A stretch of 64,000 bases of DNA. Source: an uncultured delta proteobacterium (GTDB lineage Bacteria > Myxococcota > Myxococcia > Myxococcales > Myxococcaceae). The notes under the pieces are model-generated. The model did not search any database. It was given only the letters and a program-made list of their open reading frames with translations, and was not told where the DNA came from. A program made the position numbers and the translations under genes. The stretch covers positions 224,001 to 288,000 of the forward strand of contig CAVYSY010000021.1 of assembly GCA_963771175.1 (NCBI GenBank), written 5' to 3'. Of this stretch, positions 12,669 through 22,575 are shown in pieces (the first letter of the stretch is position 1; each line of letters begins with the position of its first letter).

Positions 12669-13806
12669 ATGAGCGTGGACCCAGGTCGACCACTGCGGCT
12701 GCTGTTGGTGGAGGACAACCCCGGGGACGCCCGGCTCCTGCAGGAGGAGCTCAAGGAGGTACCGTCCGTCGCGCTTCGAGGTGCGACATGTGACGCGCCT
12801 GGCGGACGCGATGGCGGTGGTGGAGGAGCCGGGGCTGGACGTGGTGCTGTTGGACCTGTCGCTGCCGGACGGGCACGGGCTGTCCAACATCGAGCGGCTG
12901 CTGCAGGTGGCGCCGGCGCTGCCGCTGGTGGTGCTCACCGGCACCGACGACGAGCAACTCGCGATGAAGGCGGTGCACACGGGCGCGCAGGACTACCTGG
13001 TGAAGGGGCAGGTGACGGGCCCGCTGCTGGTGCGCGCGCTGCGCTACGCCATCGAGCGCAAGCGGGCCGAGGAGGGCCTCAAGCGCGAGGAGGCCGCGCG
13101 GCAGACGGCGCTGTTCCGCGAGCAGTTCCTGGGGATTCTGGGGCATGACCTGCGCAACCCGCTGCAGGCCATCTCCGGCAACGCGGCGCTGCTGCTGCGC
13201 TACGGGGGCCTGTCCGAGCCCCAGCGCAAGGCCATCAACCGCATCTCCATCTCGGCGGATCGGATGGCGCGGATGATCGGCGACATCCTGGACTTCACGC
13301 GCACGCGGCTGGGCGGAGGCTATTCGCTGCAGCGCTCGTGGGTGAACGTGCACGACGTGCTGCAGCAGATCGTGGAGGAGCTGGAGGTGGCGCAACCGCA
13401 GCGGCGCTTCGAGCTGAGCGTGTCGGGCACCGGCTGGGGGGATTGGGACGCGGACCGCATCGCCCAGGCGACGTCCAATCTGGTGGGAAACGCGGTGCAG
13501 TACTCGCCGCAGGACAGCGCGGTGCGCGTGGTGGCGCGAGACGAGGGCGACGGGGTGCGGGTGGAGGTCCACAACCTGGGCACCCCCATTCCGGCCGAGC
13601 GGCTGCCGTACATCTTCGACCCGTTCGTGCGGGGAGGAGAGGGCGCGCGGATGGGCTCGCGCACGGGGCTGGGGCTGGGGCTCTACATCACGCATGAAAT
13701 CGTGAAGGCGCATGGTGGCACGGTGCAGGTGCGCTCCACCGAGGCGGAGGGCACGTGCTTCTGGCTGAATCTGCCTCGCCACCCATCCCCCACCACGAAG
13801 GCATGA
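12669..13806 (+). CDS. Hybrid receiver-histidine kinase, frameshift near 12770
   Basis: [46 protein letters not shown]. Confidence 0.9.
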
Positions 13807-14024
13807 GCGATGTCTGAGATGGAAACACCTCGGAATAGGGCGAGCCTGGAGCCGCGGGGGTACACGCTGCGGACGAGGAGCTGCTTGCTGCGCGAGCTGA
13901 AGGTCTGGAGGTCTCGGGGAGACGGCAAGCCCGGGTGCCTGGAGCGCAGAGCGGGCGGGGGGGCGAGCGATGGAGGCGCGGCTCCGCTAGGCGACCCTAG
14001 CTTGAGCGGAAAGGAGGTCGTCTC

Positions 14025-14198
14025 ATGCCTGAACTTGCCCTCATCATCGGCTTTCTCGTGTTCTTCCTCATCATCGCGCTCACCCTCGTCCTCGGCGGCG
14101 TCAGCAGGAAGGGAGACAAGCGCGTGATCAGGGAGGGGCGCGTCACCCCGGAGCAGCGCCTGCCCACCGACAAGGAGCGCGAAGCCCACGGCTATTAG
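14025..14198 (+). CDS. Small single-pass membrane protein (57 aa), absent from the ORF track
   Basis: RBS AAGGAGG at 14011; MPELALIIGFLVFFLIIALTLVLGGVSRKGDKRVIREGRVTPEQRLPTDKEREAHGY*. Confidence 0.7.
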   Translation: MPELALIIGFLVFFLIIALTLVLGGVSRKGDKRVIREGRVTPEQRLPTDKEREAHGY

Positions 14199-14998
14199 CG
14201 GGGCGGTACGCCGGGAGGCCTCGGGTTGTAGTAGCGCCGCAGCCAGCGGGTGAGCCCGTCCAGGCCGGGGAAGAGCACGCGCTCGGTGATGTTGGCCTGG
14301 TCGAGCTTGTCCCGCACCTCCTGCTTGAGGCGCGCGGGGACGATGAGCCGGCGCACCCCCCGCTTCTGCTTTCCGAGGAACGCGTCCAGCCGCGCCGACG
14401 GGTCGTTCATCACCGAGAAGAGGGCGAACTGGTTGACGATGCGCTCGTCGAGCGAGGGCGGCTCGAAGAAGAGCACGAAGGGGTGGCGGGTGAGCCGGTC
14501 GAAGGCGGGGAGGCTCTCGGCCACCGCCGGCCAGCATCTCCGCGCTGAAGACGTCGGCGCCCTCGGCGCTGAGCTGCTCCTTGAGGGGACGGGGGAGCAG
14601 CCGGTTCGTCTCCCGGTAGTCCACGCACCACACGACGCCGTCCTGTCGTACAGGTCCGGGTCCTCGCTGAGGAAGTGCAGCGCCACGTAGGGGCTGAAGG
14701 TCCAGTCCAGCAGGCGCGTGGGCAGCCCGTGATGTTGGGCGAGAGAGAGCCAGTCCCAGAGGGACACGCAGGTGGTGGTGGTGCCGCGCGCGTACTTGCG
14801 GAAGGCGCGCAGCATGACGTTCTCCTGCCGGGAGTAGTCGCCGCCGCGCCGGTTGAGGCTGGTGGCCAGGTCATGGCGCGAGTCGGGCATGCCCCGGAAG
14901 GCGAGCGTGGGGCGGAAGCGGTGGAGCTCCTCGTTCCACGAGCCCGCGAAGAGCGCGTCCTGCAGCTCCAGCCAGCTCTTGAGCCGTTGCTCCTGCAC
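14195..14998 (-). CDS. FRG domain protein, compensating frameshifts about 14525-14645
   Basis: LAFRG, LAQHHGLPTRLLDWTFSPYVALHF, ERIVNQFALF, ANITERVLFPGLDG. Confidence 0.85.
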   Translation of the reverse strand: MQEQRLKSWLELQDALFAGSWNEELHRFRPTLAFRGMPDSRHDLATSLNRRGGDYSRQENVMLRAFRKYARGTTTTCVSLWDWLSLAQHHGLPTRLLDWTFSPYVALHFLSEDPDLYDRTASCGAWTTGRRTGCSPVPSRSSSAPRAPTSSARRCWPAVAESLPAFDRLTRHPFVLFFEPPSLDERIVNQFALFSVMNDPSARLDAFLGKQKRGVRRLIVPARLKQEVRDKLDQANITERVLFPGLDGLTRWLRRYYNPRPPGVPPR

Positions 14999-15055
14999 GC
15001 GGGGGAAGATGGGCAGCCCCGGGCGTCCAGGCACGCGGTGTCGTGAACCGGACAC

Positions 15056-15175
15056 TCAGCCGCCCACCGTGAGCCGCTCATGGATGTCCAGGTAGTGCCG
15101 CGCCATCCGCTCCGCGGAGAAGCGCTCCTCGGGGCCATCCACGAGGAAACCGGTGCGACCGTGCTCGACGATCCG
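15056..15175 (-). pseudogene. Remnant C-terminus of a GT4 glycosyltransferase
   Basis: Reads RIVEHGRTGFLVDGPEERFSAERMARHYLDIHERLTVGG*; the rest of the gene is absent. Confidence 0.7.
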
Positions 15176-15232
15176 GGTGCAACGGGGCGTGAGCCGTGGC
15201 GCGGGTGGAGGGGCACCATCCAGCCGGCGCCC

Positions 15233-16291
15233 TCACTCCTTCTCCTCGGGACCGTGCCACAGGAAGCGCCGGTGGTTGCGCGTGTCGCTGGCGCCCCAGG
15301 TGTACTTGTAGGGCTCGCGACCTCGCAGGAAGTCGAACACCGAGGCGCCCTCGCGGCCTGCTTCCTCGACGGCCTGGGCCACCATCAGGCTGCCCACGCT
15401 GTAGCGTTCGAAGGCCGGCTCGAAGCCCCCGAGGTAGTAGCGGACGTACTCCCGGTCCCGGAAGCCGTAGAAGACGGCCACGGGCCGCTCCGCCACGTGC
15501 AGCGCGTACAGGCGCAGCACCCTGGCGGCGAGCAGGCCGCGCGCCACCTCGCGGTGGAAGGACTGGAGCGACGCATCCTCCAGCACGCCGGGCTCACCGC
15601 GGCGCCGCCAGCAGGCGCCGTGCAGCCGCACCAGCGTGTCCATCATCACATCCAGGTTGCCCGCGTTCGCCTCCTCCAGGCGCACGGGACCCAGCCGCTC
15701 CAGGCGGCGGAGGGCCTGGCGCAGGTTGGAGGCGAGCCGCCCCTCCGGCTCCCTGGGGAGCGACGTCTGGGGGCAGACCTCCTGCACCTCGATGCGCTCG
15801 CCCCAGCCCGAGGGTACGGACGTGCGCAGGAGGGGGGAGTCCTCGCGAAGCTGCTCGAAGACGCACGTGTCCCAGCGCTCGCCGTTCAGGGCGAGCCAGT
15901 CGAACAGGGTCCGCACCCCGTGTGGGGCCAGCTCCGGGTCCATCAGCACGTCGAGGTAGTCGGAGATGCCCTCGCCGAGCAGCCGCACCACGCGGGCCCC
16001 GTCCTCCTCGCGGATGACGAGCGGAGCGAGCCCCACCAGCCGACCCTCGCTGCGCAGCGTCACCACCCAGGGCGGTCGCGAGGAGAAGTACGGGCCGAAG
16101 TGCCGATACCAGGGCAGCAGCCACTCGGGCCGCTGGAAGGTGGTGGCTCCGGGACAGCGGGCCCACAACCATCTCCACTCGCCCTGGAGTTGCTCCATGC
16201 CACGGAGGGAGACGACCTCCTCCACCTCGAGCGGAGCGGGGACGGGGGTCGGCCGGAGCCGGGGGACGCCCTGCTCGAAAGTCAGTGCCAT
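15233..16291 (-). CDS. GNAT acetyltransferase (CelD/BcsL-like)
   Basis: TFQRPEWLLPW, GEGISDYLDVL, FDFLRGREPYKYTWGA. Confidence 0.85.
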   Translation of the reverse strand: MALTFEQGVPRLRPTPVPAPLEVEEVVSLRGMEQLQGEWRWLWARCPGATTFQRPEWLLPWYRHFGPYFSSRPPWVVTLRSEGRLVGLAPLVIREEDGARVVRLLGEGISDYLDVLMDPELAPHGVRTLFDWLALNGERWDTCVFEQLREDSPLLRTSVPSGWGERIEVQEVCPQTSLPREPEGRLASNLRQALRRLERLGPVRLEEANAGNLDVMMDTLVRLHGACWRRRGEPGVLEDASLQSFHREVARGLLAARVLRLYALHVAERPVAVFYGFRDREYVRYYLGGFEPAFERYSVGSLMVAQAVEEAGREGASVFDFLRGREPYKYTWGASDTRNHRRFLWHGPEEKE

Positions 16292-17157
16292 GGTGTCTCC
16301 GGCAGCTTCAGTTCCACGAGGGCCTTGCGGGCCAACTCCCGCCAGCGAGCGCCCGTCATCCGCCAGCCGAGGGACTCGTACTGGAGCGTCCCCTCGTGCG
16401 GCGGCCGGGTGAAGTCGTAGCGAGGCGCGGCCCGGTAGCGCTCCTGTTCCACGGAGAAGGCCTCCAGCACCCGTGCTTGCGTGGTGTAGCACGCGAGCAT
16501 CCGCCGCTTGGCGGCGCGCTCGGCCTCGGTGAAGGACACCGTGGCCACCCGCCGTCCATCCGGCGCGGGGAGGAACTCGCCGGTGACGAGCGCCTCGTGA
16601 TGGCGGTGATAGGACGTCATCTCCAGCAGCGCCGGAGGCGTGCGTCCTGCCCGGGCCAGCAGCGCCACGGCGGCGTGAGAGATGAAGGTGGAGGCATCGT
16701 GGTCCGGGTGGCCGCCCTCATACGGGTGGACGACGAGGAGCGCCGGGCGGAGAGCCTTCAGCAGAGCCACCAGACAGTGGGTGAGAGGGACGAGCTCCAG
16801 CGTGGCCTCCTGGTCCACCGCGCCCAGTGAGAGGAGGCTGTCCGGGGACACGCCCGCGAGGCGCATCGCCGCGAAGGACTCTTCCTCGCGGATGCGCACG
16901 TAGGCCTCGCGCGTGGGCGGGGCATCCGGGGCGCGCAGGGCTGGGTCCCTCGGGGCCCCATCGGTGACGTGGAGGACGTGGCAGCCGGGGCCGCGGCGCA
17001 GCAGCCACGAGGCCCCCAGCACCTCGTCGTCCGGGTGCGCGGCCACGAAGAGGGTGGGCCCTCGCAGGGCATGGGGTGGCAGCAGGGGCGCGAGGACGTC
17101 TGCGACGGTGCGCCCGTCCCCGGCCGTGTACCCGGGTGATTCGTCAGGAGGGCGCAT
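16282..17157 (-). CDS. PIG-L family deacetylase
   Basis: AAHPDDEVLG, VTDGAP, HPYEGGHPDHD. Confidence 0.9.
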   Translation of the reverse strand: MRPPDESPGYTAGDGRTVADVLAPLLPPHALRGPTLFVAAHPDDEVLGASWLLRRGPGCHVLHVTDGAPRDPALRAPDAPPTREAYVRIREEESFAAMRLAGVSPDSLLSLGAVDQEATLELVPLTHCLVALLKALRPALLVVHPYEGGHPDHDASTFISHAAVALLARAGRTPPALLEMTSYHRHHEALVTGEFLPAPDGRRVATVSFTEAERAAKRRMLACYTTQARVLEAFSVEQERYRAAPRYDFTRPPHEGTLQYESLGWRMTGARWRELARKALVELKLPETPWH

Positions 17158-17231
17158 GCGCGTGCCTCCTGTTTGGAGCCCTCACCATCGCCGCCTCCCT
17201 TCCCTTGACCCCTGAGACCCACCCGCCTCCT

Positions 17232-17288
17232 GGGCGCGCATTTCAGAAACCTGTCCGACTGTCGGACAGGTTTTTGAAAACCGCGCCC
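17232..17288. repeat. Intergenic palindrome (core CCTGTCCGAC-T-GTCGGACAGG)
   Basis: TTTCAGAAACCTGTCCGAC T GTCGGACAGGTTTTTGAAA flanked by GGGCGCG/CGCGCCC. Confidence 0.85.
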
Positions 17289-17326
17289 GGCGGCTCCCCC
17301 TCCTGCACTGACTTTCTTCCGAGGGT

Positions 17327-18223
17327 TTAGGCGTACCGCCGCGTCATCCGCGCGCAGAAGTCCGCGAACAGCTCCGGCTGGTGCGGGGCACTGGTGTGGT
17401 GTGGCCGCTTGCCCAGGTGCTCCGGCGTGAAGCAGTAGGTGACGGTCACGTCGAACTCGTCCAGCGCCATCATCTGCTTGTCGAACCAGACGTCCGCGTT
17501 GGGCCGGAAGCTGTCGGCCCAGCTCAGGCCGGTGCGCAGCTTCTTCACCCCCAGCTTGCGCAGCCACTTCACGCCGTCGTCCAGCCGGTGGTCCTCGAAG
17601 TGGAACCACTGGCAGATGCCCATCCCCGGCGTGTAGTCCGGCGAAGTGCCGCAGCGCCTGCTTCGGCGTGCCGTCCTCGCGCAGCAGGCCCATGTAGAAG
17701 TGCCGGTAGTAGGACGAGCCCTCGGCCTCCCGGTGGCGCGTCGTCGCAGGCCACGCCTTGGGCAGGTCGTAGAGGCTGTACCAGTGGATGCGCTGCACGT
17801 GCGGGTTGCCCAGCAGCAGCTCCGCGGTGCGCCGCAGGCCGAACTCCTGCACCTCCTCGGCGCCGAAGGTCGACACCCCGACCTCGGAGACCCAGACCGG
17901 CGTGCGACGTCACCTCGCGGATGTCCTCGAGCTGCTCGGGCCACTCGTCGAGCTGCCAGTGGTTCCAGTCGAGCGGAAAGCCGTGGACGGCCACCACGTC
18001 GACGCTCGTCCAGCACGCCCTGCTCCTCCATGTTGGGGATGAAGTTGGCGTCGATGGGCGAGATGCCACCCAGCACGCGCGGGAGGTGGGTGCGCTCCGC
18101 CTTCACCGCATCACCCGCCAGCTTCATCATCCCGGCGAATTCGACCCAGCCCTTGTCCAGGTCGAAGTCCCAGTGCGACATGTTGTTGGGCTCGTTCCAG
18201 AGCATCACCGCTTCGACCGGCAT
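17327..18223 (-). CDS. Glycoside hydrolase clan-A-like protein (often annotated beta-xylosidase), frameshifted
   Basis: MLWNEPNN, VAVHGFPLDWNHW, HREAEGSSYYRHFYMGL, LRTGLSWAD across frames. Confidence 0.75.
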   Translation of the reverse strand: MPVEAVMLWNEPNNMSHWDFDLDKGWVEFAGMMKLAGDAVKAERTHLPRVLGGISPIDANFIPNMEEQGVLDERRRGGRPRLSARLEPLAARRVARAARGHPRGDVARRSGSPRSGCRPSAPRRCRSSACGAPRSCCWATRTCSASTGTASTTCPRRGLRRRATGRPRARPTTGTSTWACCARTARRSRRCGTSPDYTPGMGICQWFHFEDHRLDDGVKWLRKLGVKKLRTGLSWADSFRPNADVWFDKQMMALDEFDVTVTYCFTPEHLGKRPHHTSAPHQPELFADFCARMTRRYA

Positions 18224-18253
18224 GCGTGCCTCGCTCTTCTCTCGGGGGGGGCC

Positions 18254-18992
18254 TCAGGTGGCTCGGATGGACCGCGCGGCGGCAGACGTAGACCTCCTGG
18301 TACGGGTTGCCGAGGATGTCGAAGCCGGAGCAGCGCAGCATGGCCTCCGTGCAGGCCCGGTTCGGAACCCACCAGTTCGTCCAGTCGTGCGGCGTACTCG
18401 TGCTCCACGAAGTGCATCTTCGGGTAGCCCGGCTGGTCGAAGACGTCCTTCTCCTCGAAGGGGTAGTCCTTCGTCCAGCGGCTCCACGCGGGTGCTGCCG
18501 CGCTGCATGCTCTGGAAGACGAGCAGGTCGCTCACCACGTGCTCGTGCAGCAGGTCGAGCGCGAGCAGCGGGTGGCGCAGGTGGTAGAGCACGCCCATGA
18601 AGAGCACGACGTCGAAGCGCTCGCGCAGGGAGCCCACGTCGTAGACGTCGAGCTCGCGGAACTCGATGTCCAGGCCGTTCACCTCGGCGGCGAAGCGGCG
18701 CCTGGGCGAGGTAGCGCTCATCGCTGTCGACGGCGAGCACGCGCGCGGCGCCGCGCCGCTTCATCTCGATGGAGAAGAAGCCGGCGTTGCAGCCGATGTC
18801 GAGCACCGACTTGCCGGTGAGGTCCCGCGGAATGGCGTCCCGGATGTGCTTCCAGTTCATCTCCGGGTAGTCGCCCAGGAAGTGGTTGGGCGCGGTGCGC
18901 ACGCCCTTGAGGTCCAGGTTGTGGAACCACTCGCCGAGGCTGCGCACGCGCTGCTCTATCTCCTGGCGCGTCAACTCGCGTGTGTTCTTCAT
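18254..18992 (-). CDS. SAM-dependent methyltransferase (TIGR04290-like), frameshifted
   Basis: [43 protein letters not shown]. Confidence 0.85.
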
Positions 18993-19774
18993 GGCTGCTC
19001 CAGCGGCAGGGGAAGGGTGGAGGCCCCTTCGTCCGAGACGGCGTTACGGAACGGCCGGGTGCCGAGCAGTTGGATGGCCTCGCGGTAGCCATTGAGCGTT
19101 CCCACGTCCACGTAGGACTCGCCGGCGCGCACCGCGTGGGCCCTGCCGCCCCGGGCCAGCCACTCGTTCACCAGCGTGCCCACGTAGGGATCTCGCGGGT
19201 TACGGGTGAGCCACAGCTCGTACAGCTCGCGCATGATGGCGCCGGTGAGCTTGAAGGCCCCCCAGACCCAGTGGCTGGTGGCGCCCTCCTGCTTCACTTG
19301 AATCTCCCGCACCGTGCCGTCCTTGTCGGCCACCACCGCGTCGAACAGCTCGGGGCGGGCCACCGGGAAGCAGAGGAAGGAGAGGCCGCCGCTCGGCAGC
19401 TTGCACAGGCCGTCCTCGGGGAACCAGACGGTGTCCGGAAGACCGATGAGGACCTCCTCGTCCGGGTGGATGAGGGGCAGGGCGCGGAAGAGCGAGTCAC
19501 ACAGCCCCAGCGGCTCCGGCTGCACGGCGTAGCAGACCTGCGCGCTGCCCACCGAGCCCCCGTAGTACTCGACGATGTCCGATTTGCCGGGGGAGATGAT
19601 GAAGCAGAGCTTCGTCGCTCCCGCGACCAGCATCCGGTCCACCAGGTATTCGCTCACCGCACGAGGCCGCTCCGTCTTCCCGTCGTAGCGGCCTCCCACG
19701 GGCAGCAGCTCCTTGGAGAAGGCGAGCGGTTGGATGCGGCTGCCGATCCCCGCCGCCGGTATGAGTCCCCACAT
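18989..19774 (-). CDS. Sugar-phosphate nucleotidyltransferase
   Basis: GLIPAAGIGSRIQPLAFSKELLPVG, YVDVGTLNGY. Confidence 0.9.
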   Translation of the reverse strand: MWGLIPAAGIGSRIQPLAFSKELLPVGGRYDGKTERPRAVSEYLVDRMLVAGATKLCFIISPGKSDIVEYYGGSVGSAQVCYAVQPEPLGLCDSLFRALPLIHPDEEVLIGLPDTVWFPEDGLCKLPSGGLSFLCFPVARPELFDAVVADKDGTVREIQVKQEGATSHWVWGAFKLTGAIMRELYELWLTRNPRDPYVGTLVNEWLARGGRAHAVRAGESYVDVGTLNGYREAIQLLGTRPFRNAVSDEGASTLPLPLEQP

Positions 19775-19777
19775 GGA

Positions 19778-20866
19778 TCAGTTCCTCTCGTGTCGTGCGA
19801 CGCGCGCTCCGTCCAACAACGCCACCAACTCCTCCGCGCGTCGGTCCGCGGTGTGCTCGGTGAGGGCGCGCTCCCATGCGCGCTTGCCCACACGGGCCAG
19901 TTCGTCCGGCGAGAGCGAGAGGGCCTCCAGCGCATCCTCGGTCGAATGCGCCACGAGGATCTCCTCGCCGGGACGGAAGAATGAATCCAGGCCCTCCCAC
20001 CAATCCGTCAGCACCGGGGTGCGGCAGGACGCGGCCTCGAAGAGGCGCGCCGAGGGGCACCAGCCCATGGCCGCCATGGGGGCCCGGGTGACGTTGAGGG
20101 TGAGGGAGGACGAGCAATAGAAGGCCGGGTGCTCGATGGGCGGCAGGTGCTGGACGAAGAAGAGGTTCTTGGTCCACGCGAAGTCCCGCGGGTACTGCGC
20201 CCCTCCGATGACGAAGCGCCGCTCGGGCATGCGTCGCGCGGGCTCCAGGAAGAGGCGGTCCAGCGCCTGCTGGCGATTGGCGGCGTAGGTGCCCAGGTAC
20301 GAGAAGTCCCCCCGGTACTGCTCCTTGTGCGGCACCGGGAAGTGCACCTTCGGGTCCACGCTGCCGTAGAGGGGCACCGTGTAGCGCGCGCCGAAGCGTC
20401 GCCGCAGTCCGGTGAGCGCCTCGCCGCCCGTGTAGCTCAGGACGACGTCGTAGTCGCCCAGTCCCTCCGGGGCGATGTACTCGATGGTTTCGCCCCGCTC
20501 GGCCCGCTCCAGGGTGATGGGCGTGTCCAGGTCATAGAAGGACTTCACCGGCACGCCCGAGCCCAGCACCAGCCGGCCCGCCTCGACACCGTCCGGACAG
20601 TAGGACGTCACCATGCCCACGTCCGCGTCCCGCAGGTGCCGGCGCGCGTGCGGCAGGGCCTCCTCCCACGAGGCGTAGAGGCACAGCTCCGAGCCGTGCG
20701 GCATCTCCATGAAATCCCGGTGGGCCGCGTAGAAGGGCTGGTCCCGCTCGAAGAAGACGACGCGGTGCCCCCGGGCGCGGAGCGAGGCGATGAGCCCCCG
20801 CCAGAGGGTGGCGTGGCCGTTGCCCCAGGAGGAGCTGACCGCGAGACCGAAGACCACCAGCTTCAT
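19778..20866 (-). CDS. CgeB-family glycosyltransferase
   Basis: MKLVVFGLAVSSSWGNGHATLWRGL, YLGTYAANRQ, RLFEAASC. Confidence 0.85.
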   Translation of the reverse strand: MKLVVFGLAVSSSWGNGHATLWRGLIASLRARGHRVVFFERDQPFYAAHRDFMEMPHGSELCLYASWEEALPHARRHLRDADVGMVTSYCPDGVEAGRLVLGSGVPVKSFYDLDTPITLERAERGETIEYIAPEGLGDYDVVLSYTGGEALTGLRRRFGARYTVPLYGSVDPKVHFPVPHKEQYRGDFSYLGTYAANRQQALDRLFLEPARRMPERRFVIGGAQYPRDFAWTKNLFFVQHLPPIEHPAFYCSSSLTLNVTRAPMAAMGWCPSARLFEAASCRTPVLTDWWEGLDSFFRPGEEILVAHSTEDALEALSLSPDELARVGKRAWERALTEHTADRRAEELVALLDGARVARHERN

Positions 20867-21811
20867 GCCGGGCTCCTGCTGCGTGGTGGGGAGGGTGACG
20901 GCCCCGAGAGCCTCCTCGAGGAGGCGGCGCACCTTGGGCGCCAGCCGGACACGCGCGAGCCGCCAGCGCTGGGCGGGGCTCAGTCGTTTGAGCGTGTAGT
21001 TCACCTTGCGGCGGGTGTGCTCGAGCGGGAAGTAGCGCGCGAAGCCGGAGGCGTTGAGCGAGAAGAAGGAGAGTGCGTCCGCGTCGTTGAGGAGCGTGAG
21101 GCACACGTCCGACTCGGGGCGCTCGTGGCGGCCGATGAGCCAGCGCACGCGCTCGCGGGTGCCCTTGTCCACGCCCACCTCCGCGAGCAGCTCGCAGGCC
21201 ACGTCCGCGCCGCGGGTGGCATGGGCGTCCTTGAAGGCCTGATAGTCGGGGGCATGGTGCTCCACGCGCCTGTCCGCCTCGGACAGGAGGCGCTCCACGT
21301 CGTGGAAGAGGGCCGCGCACTGGAGGTCCAGGTCCGCCTTGGGCGCGAGTCGCAGCACCCATTGCCAGGTATCCAGTGCGTGCCGGTAGTCCGCCACGAC
21401 GAGCGGCTTGCTCAGGTCATGGAGGGCCAGGTGCCGCGCGAGGATGGCGTCGAAGAGGGGCCCCTCGGATGCGGTGTTGCGGCGGCCGACGAGGCCCTGG
21501 TAGCGGGTGAGGATTTCGAGGGCGGTGGCGCCGAGCGCCTCGCGGGGCGAGCCGGTGAGGAGCAGGGCCATACCGTGGCCCCGGTGCTCATGGGCGGCGC
21601 CGAAGACGCGCTCGTCCCAGTCGAACGGGTCGAACCCGGGGGCGCGCCACACCTGGGCGTCCAGTGGCACCACGTGGGCGTTGCCGCCCTGGGCGAGCGG
21701 CTGGACGGCAATGGTGGGAAACTCCTCGGCCAGCATGACGAACGCGCCGGGAGTGCTCGGCGTGGCGTCAGCTCGGAGGTCGGAATCGGACAGCAGGAGC
21801 TGTCGGAGCAT
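20867..21811 (-). CDS. HD-like / DUF4202-type protein (in frame with the CgeB gene, probably through an indel)
   Basis: ADYRHALDTWQW, ALFHDVER, LLNDADALSFFSLN. Confidence 0.7.
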
Positions 21812-21921
21812 CGCGTCTCCCGCGGGTGGCCCGCACCAGAGGACGCGGCAAGTTGCTGTCGGGATTCCGGAATGGCCAGGGCCTCCGTGTGGGGAGGCAT
21901 GGGCCACTGCACGGAAGGACG

Positions 21922-21937
21922 AGCCCCGCGTGTGCCA
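21922..21937 (-). promoter_or_regulatory. Possible sigma54 promoter for the glycan-modification operon
   Basis: TGGCACACGCGGGGCT: GG and GC spaced as -24/-12, but the -12 box is weak. Confidence 0.3.
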
Positions 21938-22007
21938 GTGCACGGGCGCCTGGGGAGGGCCCGTGCGCTGGCGCACAGTCCGGGCGGATCATCCGGAAAC
22001 CGCTCGA

Positions 22008-22250
22008 CTACGGCCGGCCGTTGTCCTCTGGCTGATCGTAGGCGTACTGGTCCGCGCGAGGCGCGGCGTCATTGTGGAACAAGGGGCACTTCTGGCAGCT
22101 GAAGCCCTCCCAGTCCTCACGGACGGCCGCGTCGATGCACATCGCGTATTGGCGGCAGTGGACGTTGCGGTAGTCCTCGACGCGATGGTGGTCCGCCCAC
22201 ATGGGCAGGCGGAGCTCGGTGGGATTGGGCTTGGGTGGCGAACATGCCAT
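22008..22250 (-). CDS. Small four-cysteine putative metal-binding protein
   Basis: RNVHCRQYAMCIDAAVREDWEGFSCQKCP; purine-rich RBS upstream. Confidence 0.7.
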   Translation of the reverse strand: MACSPPKPNPTELRLPMWADHHRVEDYRNVHCRQYAMCIDAAVREDWEGFSCQKCPLFHNDAAPRADQYAYDQPEDNGRP

Positions 22251-22575
22251 GTCGCTGAACTCCCTCTCTCGAAATGGGGCCCCCTGTTGGGACCCTTCAA
22301 TACCCGCTGGTGCGTCGCGTCATTCCCGAGCCGGGAGTCCCAACATGAGACGGTTCCCCTTCGCACGACAGGCGAGGGGGATTGCGCCTCCGCGTCGGGA
22401 TGTGACGCCTGCGAGCCGAGCAGCCTGAGCGAAGGCCTCGTACGGCTGGCAGCCCACCACCCGGACATTCATTTTCTCGCGCCGTGACATTGCCGTTTCC
22501 AGAGGGTCGCCCGTCCGTTGGGCGAGCGATGAATCACTGCTTCAACCGGGCGCGGCTTTCCCCGAAGATGCCCCC

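Noticed and set aside
14195..14998. FRG protein as part of an anti-phage defence island
   Set aside because: No neighbouring defence, restriction or toxin genes; it sits at the end of a glycan operon, so a defence role is unsupported here.
19778..21976. Apparent novel HD/DUF4202-CgeB fusion protein (732-aa ORF)
   Set aside because: The joint reads GAG CCC GGC ATG AAG. Removing one C gives GAG CCG GCA TGA with a standard ATGA stop/start overlap, so in this indel-rich sequence the fusion is probably an artefact.
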